This document shows positions 1 through 13,269 of a stretch of DNA of 64,000 nucleotides, one piece after another. Below the pieces are notes generated by a model. That model saw only the letters and a program-made list of their open reading frames with translations, ran no database searches and was not told the DNA's origin. Where the stretch lies: positions 21,948,001 to 22,012,000 of the forward strand of contig NC_043003.1 of NCBI RefSeq assembly GCF_006345805.1, given 5' to 3'. Source of the stretch: Octopus sinensis. Lineage: Eukaryota. Every line of letters starts with the position of its first letter. Position 1 is the first letter of the stretch. The position numbers were made by a program, and so were the translations under genes.

Positions 1-980
1 ATACATTTCAGTTTTATTTCATATTTTATTAGCGATGATTTTAATGACCAACATTTTTTTTCTCTTTTCTTATGAAGTAGTAAAGGGAATATTTATTTTT
101 ATAGTAATTTTACTTTTGTTTTTTAACTCATCATTGACAAAAAGGTCTCTTTTTTTTCTTTGCTAGCATTGTCTTTGGTATATGCATGCACATTCATGCA
201 TATATGCACTATTGCATTTACATTTCTGGTTACAAATGAAAAATGAAAATGAGTTTTATCTCTGAGGAGAAAATCCAATATAGTGTTATGTAAATGTAAA
301 TGGTTTTGGTGGTGGTGGTGGTGGTGGTGGGAATGCTGGATATTTTTATAACTTACGAAAGAGCTTTCTACAATGTTAGTTATTTTATAAAATGAAGATT
401 TTTTTCCCTTTTTTTGATTCTAGTTTTTGATAAAAATTCCAACTGCTTTTAGCATTTCTCTGTCTCTATCTTGTCAATAGTGAAAGTGCATTTATTACCT
501 ACGACATACTAAGTGTATATAATATTCATAATATTCTAAATATGTATATGTGAATATTTATTGTTTCAACTTGGAAAATAATCTTTCTTTAAGCTCAGAA
601 GCTGGAATAATTTTTACACGTTAAGAAATAATCTTGCTTTTTCTGGACAGTTTTTACATCTACTCTTAAGATTTGTCTCGTGAAAGTGCATGATATTAAG
701 CTTTATAACATGTAAGAGAATTTGCTCGTGTGCGCACACACATATACACACATATTGATTATATGTCCTTTGGTTTATTTCTTATGCTTTTAATGTTCAT
801 ATCGATATTGTTACTGATACCACATTTTCTTACAGATAGATTGAAACCTATTCTACTTAAGATCTAGTTATTAGAAATGTTGGTAGTTATCATATTGATT
901 TTCTTTTTACTTTTGAGCTCTGATTTCTTCACCTTGTAAATTGTTAATGCTTTTATTGTTGTTATAATTTTTGTTATTGT

Positions 981-1640
981 TAGGGCAGTGGATTGACAGA
1001 CACGTTAGTGTGTCACACAAAACACTGAGCAGCACTTGTTCTAGCTCTTTATATTCTGATTTCAAATCTTGTTGAGGTTGGCTTTGCTTTTCATCCTTCC
1101 AGTGTTAAACTTTACCTTTCACCCCTTCAGAGTTGATGAAAATAAAGCACCAGTCAAAAATGGGTTGATTTAATTGACAAACCCGCTTCTCCTAAATTTT
1201 GCTGGTCTTGAACCTAAATTAGAAACAATTAGGAGTGTGGTGGATTTGTACAATCTTTTAAGCACTGGGCAAAATACTTCAAGACATTTCTTACGGTTCT
1301 TTACATTCTGAGTTCATATCCCACCAAAGTCAACTTTGCCTTTCATTCTTTGAGGTCAATAAAATAGAAAAGTACCAGTCAACTACTGGAGTCAGTGTGA
1401 TTGGCTAACACCCCCTCCTAAAAATTTCTGGTCTTGTACTTAAGTTAGAAATCACCACCACCAGAATCATTAGTAGTTTTGCTGTATTTCTAGTTCTTTA
1501 TACTCTGAGTTCAAATTTGGCTGAGGTTAAATTAGCCTTCCATCCTTTCAAGATGGATGAAATAAGCTTACCAAACACAAAGGTTGATAGTTGCAACTAA
1601 TCCTTCCCCACAAGAATGTTGGCATTGTGGTTGAATTAGA
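981..1640 (+). mobile_element. Three degenerate head-to-tail copies of a tRNA-derived SINE (family A)
   Basis: The motif ctgagttcaaat..gaggt(c/t)(a/g)actttgcctttcatcctt..gataaaataagtaccag recurs at about 1050, 1310 and 1505. The same family recurs at 13270-13740, 25880-26090, 26585-26965, 45490-45730 and 48150-48360. Confidence 0.7.
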
Positions 1641-1682
1641 AATAATTTATTGTTGTCATTAACACTTATTAAAAAAAAATTA

Positions 1683-2201
1683 TCTAATACTAGCAGTATC
1701 GCCCGGCGTTGCTCGGGTTTGTAAGGGAAATAACTATATAAGCATTTTTAGAGAGTTACTTCCCTTATAGATGCCAATTCGGGCTTTCTTAGCCATTTCT
1801 GTTTTGGTGTCTTCAAGCCATGAAGTCGTTGTTCTAAAAGAACGCTGGTCTCCTTGACAACGCTTTACGACGTTGATTTCCTTACACTCCCTTCCCCACA
1901 GCTTCACGAGGGAGGGAAGAAGGGGGAGAAGCAAACAGGTGCAGGTGTGACCATGGACGCCAACTCCGTTGCCATCGACACACGAAAAATTATGCATTAA
2001 AATGGAATAAAAAATGATGTTAAATTATTTTTTAAATCGTAGACTCATCGTAGACGCACGCTAATACTCAGACGGGCTCGATATGAATCACGACTATAAG
2101 ATACCCGAATTTGGTTAAACTGCACCGCAAAATGTGGGAGTAGTTAGGAATCTAAATCGAAGGGGACAGACACTCACACAACTACAGTTTTATATATATA
2201 G
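1683..2201 (+). mobile_element. Non-autonomous Helitron-like element
   Basis: 5' TC..ACTAGCAGTATCGCCCGGCGTTGCTCGGG (short GC stem-loop), an internal CA-rich tract and a 3' TTTTATATATATAG end match the layout of Lep1/DINE-type non-autonomous Helitrons. It is CpG-rich relative to its flanks. Confidence 0.65.
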
Positions 2202-5200
2202 ATATACATACCACCCCACCCCCACCATGCCCACATTCTATCAAGAATGCATCTAATGGTATTTTTTTCTAATCATACCAGCTTTCTCAAGTTGAAGCAG
2301 ACATTATTCATAGAATTCTAATAATCATTTAACATTAGAACTTATTTCCATTGTTGATTTGATAAGAGCAATTGCCCAGTAATATAATTGTGACTGTCTT
2401 TCTGATAATTTTGCTGCTTTATTGTTCTCACATGAAAGTGCATACCAGTCCAATGATATGGCCATCACACTGTATCTTTAAGATCTACACTTGGATAACA
2501 AGTTCTATTCTTTGATAACAGTGAACTTGTTTGTCTTTAAATGTACCATGGCTGTGAGATCATTCATCTTAGATTTGTTTTTCTGTGCTAGCATGGGTTA
2601 GACAAGCATATGTTGATGCATTGATTTTTACAGTTTGACTAGCCTTCCTGTCATAAATCCTTAGGTATATTCTAAGTAAAGGAGTTTTCATTCCATTCAT
2701 CTTTGAAAGTGGAGAGCTAACAAATGATTTGTTGGCAGGGAAATGTCAACAATATTACTTACTTGTCCATAGCCCAGCAATTCTTTGTAAAGGCAGAGAA
2801 TGTAAACTTTTGTACAAACACCTATGCATGACATACACTTGCTTAAGGTGTTTTTTTTTTTTTCCGTGTTAACATTAGATTGGATGAAGACATTATTGGG
2901 CATTGTTATATACGTGGATGCTCTTCTTGTCCCTAACCCTTATTTGTTTTCCAAGTGAGGAATATTTATTCCACTTGTTTTCAAAAGAGCTGAGTTACAA
3001 GGCAATTTTATGGTTAGGCAAATTGTTAACACCGCATCACCCTCTCAAGTGATTTTGTATGAAGATGTTGAATAGTTGAATAATGCAAGCAAAGATACTA
3101 CAGTTTCTCTGTCAAGTTCACTCACTGACAAGGAGTTGATTGACCTGAGGTTGACTCTTTCCCAAGGTGTTGCACATTGCAACTAAATCCCAAACCATGT
3201 GGATGCAAAGCAAACTGCTTAATCATGCAACCAGGTTTGCAGCTTTATGTTTATTTGATTCAAGAACTAATCTTTCATGATTATTCATGATAAAAATCCT
3301 GGAAATTCTCCTTAGAAGAAAATATGGCAAAAATATTTAACTGGAAATAAAAAGTTTCAGTGTTATTGCTTTGACCCAGATCAGCCCTAAGTGAGCAGAC
3401 CTATAATCCAACTTGTTCCAGGACTATATTTTTCACTTTTTAGAATGGTTGCAAGAGATTTAGCTGCTATTTCTTGGAAGTCAAGTGACTTAATATAGGC
3501 ATTCTTTTTTTTTTTTAGTGTACTATTTCATTGTCACACAACAATCTACATAAGCAAACCGGCAATTATTAACCATTAGCCAATGATATTTTCATTAAGC
3601 TTTTTTTTCTCATTTAGAAAAAAAAAAATTTCCAAACATTTGCTTTAAGAGACAACCCTGTAAGTTTTTGGGGTTAATATTCAGTTTGGAAAGATAAAGA
3701 AACTTAAAAATGAAAAGTTTGGAAAAAAAAAGGTGTTTAATGAATTACCAGAGTACATTAAAAGGATAACTAGAAGTTTCATAGGGAGTTAGTATGATGA
3801 TGTGTTGCTACTCTATTGAAACCCACACTCTTGAGAGTATGGATGGGGCTTCAAAGAGAAATTACTGGAAAGTTACTCTGCTTTAGGGACTTACAGGTCT
3901 ATAGGTACCATCCTAACCCCAAGATATTTCTGTAAGTAGAATCATGGCTTAAAGGTAATCTAACAATAGAGGAATAAAAATGTAGCATAGATAGAAATAG
4001 AAACAAGAGGTTAATATTCCAGTTGGTTAATACTACCATGTACTTAGATATTTGTAAAATATGCAAGTAGTTTATGGCTGTCAAGACATTTTTTTAAATA
4101 CTAAATTACTCCTAAGACAGTTAAGTGTGATATTTTTGTACTGTATTTTCCAGTTTATTGATAATGTATGTTTGTGTCTTTTTTGATCTGTTGTGTAATT
4201 TTTTTTTTTATAAAATAATGTTACTAGAGATACATACTCTTGATAAGCCTGTTTTGTTTTTGTTTTGTGTTGTTCATAACTTGATTTGAATTTAGGACAT
4301 ATTAAATTGATATTTGTAAGAACTGTCACTTTAACCTGATATGAGGTATTTATCAAATTCAAATTCAGCATAACCCTTCTGCCAAATTTCTCATTACTCC
4401 TTCAAGAAAGTATCTTACAATAATAATAGGAGATAAAAAAAAGAAGTACTTTTGTATATATCAGATAAAATTATGTAGGCACATTAAACTATTTCCTTCA
4501 TTTTATCTAAAAGTGTATATTACTTTCACTTTTAGTTAAAAGGTTATATATCATCATTTAATGTCTACCTGCCATGCTGGCAAGTTTTGGGTGGTTTGAC
4601 AAGAGCTGGCAAGCCAGAAGATTGCATTGTGCTCACTGGCTGCTTTGGTATGGTTTGCCAACCACTTTACAGTGTACTATGTGCTTTTTACTTAGCACCA
4701 GTACTCACAAGGTCGCCAAGTACCTTGCAAGACAAAACTCCCTCAACTGAGTGAAGGAGTAACGTTAAGGTAGGTAGAAGTGTGCTATATATGATAAATA
4801 AAAGAAAACACATAATTCCTTTTGTATTGTAATTCATCAAATTATTTTTGTGAAACAACTGCATTATTATATAAGCATGTTTGTGCCTATATGCATACAT
4901 ACATATATAATTTCCATCACCATTTAGTGGCCACTCTTCCATGCTTGCCTGGATCAGATGGAATTTGTTGAGGTAGAGTTCCTATGGATGGATGCCCTTC
5001 CTGTTGCCAACTGTCACCTGTTTCCAAACAAGGCAATATTTTTCCATGGCTATGCATGTATTTTCGTGGATGACTGGAAATACACGTATACACAAACATA
5101 CACAAGTACACTCACATATAATGCACCTGTTTCAGTTTTTGTCTACCAAAGCCTCTCACAAAGTTTTAGTTGACTTGAAGCTTGGTAGAAGACACTTGCC

Positions 5201-6411
5201 CAAGGTACCATGCAACAGGACTGAACCCAACACTATGCCAGTGTTCCAGTGATGCTTACAGCACCTATGTTTATCCAGTGGTTATCCATTTAAGTTCTTA
5301 CTAAGTTTCAGTTTTGTTTAACTTCAGTGATCAGCCAGGAAATGCTGCTTTTAATATATAGCTTTGTATATGTGTGTGTAGTACACAGACACATTTAGAC
5401 ACAGCCCTTGTATTGGGCATTAGACCCTTTATTCAGTCAATGTTCTTTGTTTTTTATGCATTTAATAGCATTTATTTTTAAGTATTTACATACACATATC
5501 CTCGCCTGTGCTTGTACCATGTAAAAAGCACTACTCACCTCACCTCTGCTTGTGCCATGTAAAAAGCACTAAGTCCACTCTGCTAAGTGGTTAGTGTTAG
5601 GAGGGGCATCTAGCTATAAAAATTCTGCCAAAGCAGTCACAGAAGTCTGATGCAGGCTTTTAGCCCAGCCGGTTCTTGTACTGTCCCACCCACGCTAGCA
5701 TGGAAGATGGACATTAAACGTTGATGATAATGATATCCACACACCTACTCTTTCTCTCAAGCAAACACGTACATTGTAGTACTGAATTCTTTTCAGTGCA
5801 TTACCCCCGCTCCACGCACGCACACTAGTCATCTGATGATAGGTCACAGCTTGATGCATAATAATATTATAAATTCTGAGAGTTATGTACTTAAATTATT
5901 ATTTCAAAATTTACATTCCATGTACTGTCTTAGGTGTCATGGCAAATGATAGATATCCATTTCTATCAGTGTAAGACCATTTACAAGTCATTTTGAATGC
6001 ATATTGGGTACTTGTGCAGCTGTAAAATACCAGTACATTCCCATTCACATTAAATACATGCTAATTTTGCCATTATTCTGTAGTGCTTCTGGACTCTCAT
6101 TCAACAGGAAAATATTTTGCACCCTTTCTGATTCTTTTATACTTACACAATGTTGAGTTTGAGTTTTCCAACCTCTTAATAAGTACATGCATAATGTATT
6201 TGTGAATGTGTGTGCATGTATACCCTCCTTCTTCCATTTTCCTGAGCGCCTAATAATAATAATAATAATACTGTAATTGTTCCACGTGTTGTTGTTTTTT
6301 CTGTTTTCCCGTTTGGATAAACCTTATATATATATATATATATCAAACTGTTTTGATCTATACATGTAACTCCCAATAAATTGGTTGAGTGTCCTTTCAT
6401 TTGCCAACTCA

Positions 6412-6431
6412 CTTGTGTGTTTGTGTATATA

Positions 6432-6462
<31 letters not shown>

Positions 6463-6545
6463 GTATGTGTATGTATATATATATGTATGTGTATGTATAT
6501 ATGTATGTGTATGTATATATGTATGTGAATGTATATATGTGTATG

Positions 6546-6590
<45 letters not shown>

Positions 6591-6895
6591 GTGTGTGTAT
6601 GTATTTATATATATGTATGTGTATGTATGTATGTATATATATGTATGTGTATGTATGTATGTTATATATATGTATGTGTATGTATATATATATGTATGTA
6701 TATGTGTACATATATGTATATATATGTATGTATATATGTATATATATGTATGTATATGTGTACATATATGTATATATATGTATGTATGTGTATATATATG
6801 TATATATGTATACATGTATGTGTATATATTATATATATATATATATGTGTACATATATGTATGTATATATATATGTATATATGTGTACATATATA

Positions 6896-6943
<48 letters not shown>
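6412..6943. repeat. Compound (TA)/(TG)/(TATG) microsatellite, about 530 bp
   Basis: Directly visible. It explains the I/Y/H/T and V/C/M/Y ORFs at 6324-6982. Confidence 0.98.
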
Positions 6944-6948
<5 letters not shown>

Positions 6949-7499
6949 TTTAGAATTTGATGGAGGGTATATTTTAGATTAAAAAAGAACTCTGTTTATC
7001 TTAATTTTGAAAAATAAAAGTATTAAAAAACTACATTATTTATGGAATGACCCTATATATAAATATGATGATGATGATATATATACACACACACACACAT
7101 GTGCTAGTGACTTGTGAAAGACACCATGTACATTCTGTAAAATGTTTGGCATTAGGAAGGGCATCAAGCCATAGAAACCAAGCTAAAACAGACAATTAGT
7201 GCCTGGGATAGCTCTCTGGCTTATCAGCTCTAGTCAAACCATCTAAGCTATGCCAGAATGGAAAACAGACATTAAATGATGATGATAATGATATGCTATT
7301 GTACCAAGACATGGAAGCATGCAGTACAACTTTTGTTGGAAGTATGTAGAATCTTTAATATGTTATGTGCAGCAAACTAGAATTGCTTAACCTAGACTAC
7401 GATTTTGTTTGCTTGGTCAGTTGACTTTACCTGGCTGCAGGATGTAAGTAATAAGATGACTCTAGATGTGTGTGTGTGGAGGGGAGTTTAAAATTCCTT

Positions 7500-8650
7500 G
7501 GGGAAGATGTTGAACCTGTATTGGCAAGACAAAATTAATTTGTTTTGTTTAAGACTGGAGTGGGATGGTGGATGATGGGTACCTTCTGTGAGGTAGAGGT
7601 CATAAGATTTTGATCTGTTCTGAAATATCTATGCTTCATGAGATTTTCCAAATGCGCTTTGAAGTGTTGTGACATTTTCCAGGGGGTGATCACAGAACCA
7701 GCTATTGTGCTGGTGCAGACAGACCTTGAATTAATGTTCTTACAGATACGCCTTGTCTAAAAGTTGTTTTTGTTGAGCAACTTGTCGAATTTATGGTCAT
7801 TTAAAAAAATATTTTCAGATTAAGGAGAGCGAGATATTGTGCAACACTAATTTATTTTTTAAACCACTATTGTATGGAGGGTTATATCTTATAAGGTTTC
7901 TTTTCTTAGTATTTCTTTAGGGCAATTGCTAGATGACTGTTGTACTTTATTCTTTCTTTGTATTGGCTATGTCATAATGCCTTGCTGTTGCACTCAAAGT
8001 CTGTTAAGTTATTTTGTTGGAGGATAATGGCACTTACCCTTTTGTTGATGCTTATTGGTACATTCTTAGTGATGTTTAGTGAGTGATTAAAATGAATGTG
8101 GATGTACAAGTTTACTTTGAGCTTGACATCCAAAAAGTGAAGTTTATAGTTGTATGGTTTGCATTTACCATTGCAGTTAGGCTGAATTTCTTAATATTTA
8201 TAACAGCTCACACTATTCAAAGACATCGAGTTTGTCATACCCAATAGACATAAACTAACACCATTCAAAGAAGTTTCTATTCCTTAGAATAGGTACAAAC
8301 CTACTAGATCACATAATTTGTCCCCTTCATCCACACTAGTATCAAAACTACTGGTCAGATTGGAGGGATCTTCTTGTATGCATAACAATCTGCAAGCTTA
8401 TGTATCTTTTGGCCAAATTGATTGCTTTTTCAAAGGTTCTCCACTTTTTGAAGAATAATAATCAACAATGTCAAATTGGATAAATTTATATTTGTTATCC
8501 ATGTGTTCATCCATCATATTGTTCATCATAGACTTCAATTCAATTTCTTTTGCAAAACAACTTCTGACTTAACCAAATATTACTTATTGATCCAAACTTC
8601 GGATCACCTGTAATTAATTTATTCATTTTCATTTCAAAATCAGACTTTTT
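7500..8650 (-). pseudogene. Decayed Penelope-like element reverse transcriptase
   Basis: Minus-strand translations KFIQFDIVDYYSS (about 8450-8490), DEGDKLCDLVGLYLF (8287-8332) and KRNLIRYNPPYN (about 7870-7905) follow the order of PLE RT motifs FDIxxFYPSI, DGAEICELVG and RNIIWFNPPF. Many stops and frameshifts. Confidence 0.7.
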
Positions 8651-9053
8651 TTAAGGAGCTGAGTATTTGTTTGAGGAGCAAGTTTGTGTTTGCTAAAGAG
8701 GAAAAAGCTTTTTAAATTGTCCAGTGCTCAAAGGAAAATGGTATCAATTCCTGCTAGTTATGTTGGTATGTTTAACAAATTAGTTATGTTCAGTGCTAAC
8801 TTGTGTATTGTACAATTACCAACTTGCTGTGATATTTGGTTTGAGTGGTTTACAACACATGTACCATTAGAGTTAAAAAAAAAAGCTTTTAGTTGGTTAA
8901 GGAGGCAACAATAATTACCTACTATGAAATATGAGCCATGTGGAATCATTCATAAAAGCAATGGAAAAAATAATCTCTGTTATTGGCTTTTTATATATTT
9001 TTGTGAGAGCGCTCACTGTTTCTAGTATTATTTGCATTTGCTGAGTGTTTTCT

Positions 9054-9435
9054 CATCATCATCATTGTCATTTAACGTCCGTTTTCCATGCTAGCATGGG
9101 TTGGACGGTTTTGACTGAGGGCTGGCAACCAGATGGCTGCACCAGGCTCCAGTCTTGATCTGACAGAGTTTCTACAGCTGGATGCCCTTCCTAATGCCAA
9201 CCACTCCGAGAGTGTAGTGGGTGCTTTTTACGTGCCACCTGCACGGGGGCCAGTCAGGCGGTACTGGCAATGACCTCGCTTGAATCTTTTTACACGTGCC
9301 ACCGACACAGGTGCCAGTGAGGTGATGTTGGTAATGATCACGCTCGAATGGTGCCCTTTTATGTGCCACGGGTACGGAAGCCAGTTGGCTGCTCTGGCAA
9401 CGATCGCACTCGGATGGTGTTCTCGGCACCCTACT
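9054..9435 (-). mobile_element. 3' UTR fragment of an RTE-type LINE with (GAT)n tail and internal ~60-bp tandem units
   Basis: CATCAT head on +, the motif ggatgcccttcctaatgccaacc, and repeated units ttttacgtgccac..gccagt..ctggcaacga. Homologous to 10954-11605. Confidence 0.75.
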
Positions 9436-10035
9436 GTTGTTATTTATAGGACAATCTTTAACAAGCAGACATGATCAAAGGTGTTCCTGCTGTGACCACA
9501 CAAGTTTTGGGTATCAGGGATTATCAAAAAAAAAAAAACAACATAATAAATAAAGAGGAGCAAAGGTCTTTTCCAAGCCATAGGCTAATAAGGCTTGTTT
9601 TCTGGATTCTGTGACTTATATACTTCCCTGCTGGATGAGATGCCAGTCCATTGCAGGCTTATTCAGTTTTGCTAGCTTAGTGGACTGGAGCAACATGAAA
9701 TGAAGTATTTTGCTCAAGAGCACAACATATCACCAGTCTAGGAATTGAAACCATAATCTTAGAATAACTCCTGCATCCCCACACATCAGGTACTACACTA
9801 TTGTTCAATATGTATTTTTTTCATTGAGATGGTACTGTGTGATTTGAGGGAGATTTGGTTACTATTTCTAGCAGGCCATAGAGCTCACTTGCTGGTTTAT
9901 ATTTCATGTTAAACTGTGAGGAAATGCATTGCTGTTTCACTTTCACTTAGTCTCTTCATCAATGTGAAAGCAATTTCAAGCCAGGAAATTGGTTGTGACT
10001 CTTTTATCTACTACTTTATAGTAGGTTCTCTCTTC

Positions 10036-10186
10036 ATTTTCTGTTAGTCTGTCACTACTTTTGACTATCATGTAGTTTATTTATTTTTCGAAGATGTAAG
10101 CAATATAAATAAACATCCGTTTTTCAATGATTGTTTTAATTAGCAACATCAAAAGTCTGAATTAAAGAATCTTCATTAATCAACCA
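10036..10186 (+). repeat. Direct repeat copy 1 (about 150 bp)
   Basis: Near-identical to 12097-12251 (a few substitutions and one short T/TTTA indel). Confidence 0.95.
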
Positions 10187-10953
10187 AATATTTTCAGACA
10201 CACCTGTTTGTAAGTTGTAATTCTCATAGTTTTCATCAATTGTTGGCATCTCACAAAGTACTTTAATCTTCCAGTTTTGATAGAATATATTAGTGGTTTT
10301 TTTTTTTTTTTTTTTTTTTTTGGCCTCCTGATTTACACAGGAAAATCATTGTCATAGACTAGAATATTAACCATTAGAGAGACGGGAAAAAAAAAAAACA
10401 AAAAAAAAACGGAGAGTGAAAAATTATTGTGAGAAAAAGTGCTTTTACTCGAAAACCATTTCTGATGAGGCTTTCTGTGTGTTTGTTGCATCTAAGTTGG
10501 AACTTGTTGCTTTTACTTCATTCAAAACATGACAGCTTCTTTTTTCTTTATTAGAGGTTTCAAATCATAGGTTGTGAACAACAGATTGCTTTCTCTCAGC
10601 TTCTCCCTTTCTGATTGGTTGTCATACAATGAAAGTGAAGTACAGTACATTATTGTGTGCAATTACTAATGACATTCAGTATGAAAGTGTCAGAAAACCA
10701 GTCGAAAGAGTAAATCATCTTGAATTATTGTCAGTTAAATTTCTGCATTACTCCAAGCTCAACTTGTGTGTTAAATTTGTATTTTTTTAATTTTATTTAT
10801 TTTTTTTTTTTTTTAATGTGTACACACTAACCAAAAATGATCTAGCAGTGTTGAGTTAATTTTTTGAACTGCTTTTTTCCCCCACCACCTTTCAGTCCAG
10901 AAAATACGTGTAAAAATGAGTGGAGTTATTTGTCAAATACAATTATATATATA

Positions 10954-11605
10954 TCATCATCATCATTTAATATCCGCTTTCCATGCTGGCGTGGGTTGGA
11001 CGGTTTGACTGAGGACTGGTGAACCAGATGGCTGCACCAGGCTCCAATCTGATCTGGCAGAGTTTCTACAACTGGATGCCCTTCCTAATGCCAACCACTA
11101 CACTCAGGTGGTACTGGCAACAGCCACGCTCAAATAGTGTTTTTTATGTGCCACCTCCACAGGAGCCAGTTCAGTGGCACTGGCAACGACCTCGCTTGAA
11201 TGTTGTTTTGCACGTGCCACCAGCACAAGTGCCAGTAAGGTGACACTGGTAACAATCATGCTCAAATGGTGCTTTTTACGTGCCACTGGCACGTGAGCCA
11301 GTCAGCAGCCCTGACAACAATCATGCTCAGATGGTGCTCTTAGCGCTCCACTAGCACGGATGCCAGTCATGCGGTGCTGTCATTGGATTTGATTTCTATT
11401 TCACTTGCCACAACAAGTCTTTACAAGCAGAGTTTTAGTGTCCAATGAAGGAAAAGTACACATAAGTGGACTGGTTACACCACTGGCATAGTCCATGGGT
11501 TGTGGTCTCACTTGGCTTGCCGGGTCTTCTCAAGCACAGCATATTTCCAAAAGTCTCGGTCGCTAGTCATTGCCTCAGTGAGGCCTAATGTTCAAAGGTG
11601 GGAAC
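10954..11605 (-). mobile_element. 5'-truncated RTE-type LINE: ORF C-terminus plus 3' UTR and (GAT)n tail
   Basis: Minus translation TLGLTEAMTSDRDFWKYAVLEKTRQAK* ends at 11508, followed by tandem ~60-bp units and the tail. Further UTR-only copies lie near 4914, 5515, 7095, 12503, 19200, 19760, 30170, 31440, 33170, 43540 and 44100. Confidence 0.75.
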
Positions 11606-12096
11606 AGCCTGATTTCAGTGAATGTTGAAGTGGCACTGAAACTCATGCTGAACTGCTGTGACAGACTCGTTATTCTTCATGTAACTGTCGTAAGTAAACA
11701 TGCAATGCTCTATTGTCCATGGTGCCATGACTTCACCTGAAAAAAATATATGCTAAGACACCATGGACCAAATGGTACCTGTTGGACATATGTCCCTCCC
11801 CTGGGGCTGAGTAATAGCCATTTCAAAAACGTCTGCCCTCTTTACCCCACTCTGTAGGAGCACAGGCAATTTACATATGTATATGTATATATAATCATAA
11901 TTTAATGTCCATGTTCTTTACTCTGATATCAATTAGACAAGTCCTCATGGTTCAAAGGGTCACTGGCCTACTAGACAAGTCAGCCTTTTTTATTCCCAAC
12001 ACATATGTAAGATTTTCCATCACCTCCCAGGCTCAGAGACACTGGTCCAAGGCAACATGACTAAGAGGGCAAATAGCAAAGAGTGCACATGTGTAG

Positions 12097-12251
12097 ATTT
12101 TCTGTTAGTCTGTCACTAATTTTGACTATCATGTAGTTTATTTATTTATTTTTTGAAGATGTAAGCAATATAAATAAACATCCGTTTTTCGATGATTGTT
12201 TTAATTAGAAACATCAAAAGTCTGAATTAAAGAATCTTCATTAATCAACCA
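12097..12251 (+). repeat. Direct repeat copy 2
   Basis: Near-identical to 10036-10186. Confidence 0.95.
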
Positions 12252-13269
12252 CACACACATATTAGCTTAAGGAGGAGGAAGAAGGCAGTTCCCATGGCCT
12301 TCATAGTCCTGAGGTGAGGGACATCAGTATGGTTGAACACCAGTAAGTCATTGTTTTCTGCAAGCCAAATATGATTGGGAGGAATTTCAGATAGGGAAGA
12401 GTAGAAGAAAAGGCCATTATAGTTGGCTAAAATTTTATTTTGAGTTAATATTTTCCTAAGGTGTGATTCCCTACCTGTTCAGGACAGCAGTATGTATGTG
12501 TATCATCATCCATTTTTTTTTAATGTTCGGCTTGCATAGGTCAGACTGAATTCATTGAGAGTGATCTATAGCCAGATGCTTTTCTTTTCCCCAACTCTCA
12601 CTTGTTTTCAAACAAGGTAATATTCCCCCTAGTCTTTTTGAAGACAAATGCCGAGTTGGTTGAACATGTTTCCATAGAAGATTACAAACAGGGCTAGTTA
12701 AATGACAGTTGCATTTGTTAAAAATTAGCATGATATCAAGTGTGTGTGTGTGTGTGTGCGCGCGCAACAAGTTTCTTTCGGTTTCCATTTACTAAAGCTA
12801 CTCACAAAGTTTTGGTTGACCTGGGACTAAGTGGTAAGTTGCTGTGCTGTAAAACTGAACCTGAAACCACAGGGTTGCACAGCAAACCTCTTAACCTCTC
12901 AGCCATGCAAATATATATTAGGAGGGAGAGTGTATGTGCTAGAGAGAGAGAGAGAGAGGTGGGTGGATGTACTTAGAATAGCAAGAATGTGGGGAAGAAT
13001 ACTAATGCTATCCCTAGGTATTAGTGGAGTGTAGTTTAAAATGGATTTAGTTGTTATTCTTTTTTGCAATTGAGCAATTGCACTGAGGCTTTCTCACTGG
13101 CTCAAGACATTTGTGTTTTCTTGGAACAGTGAAGTAACGAAGTTAAAAATTTCAGTGTACTGAATTGCTTGTTGTAGATATGGCTTAATAGAGCTAGCCA
13201 GAACAATATTAAATTTCTTTATGAATTGTACTGTCAGGGTAGCAAGCAAGCAAGAAAAATCATTAGAGT

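Noticed and set aside
1734-1997. 87-aa minus-strand ORF
   Set aside because: It lies inside the non-autonomous Helitron-like element and shows no Rep/helicase motifs.
6324-6982. Five overlapping ORFs of 118-197 aa
   Set aside because: They are translations of a TA/TG microsatellite; the same applies to the ORFs at 13926-14277 and 35397-35639.
9228-9430. Regularly spaced repeats superficially like a CRISPR array (also 11110-11380)
   Set aside because: Whole ~60-bp units are homologous with no unique spacers, they lie inside a LINE 3' UTR, and the context is eukaryotic with no cas genes.
2879-12343. Plus-strand chain of AG..GT segments near 2879, 3898, 5941, 8725, 11619 and 12266
   Set aside because: Several acceptors are weak, phase compatibility needs selective skipping, and no recognisable protein results.
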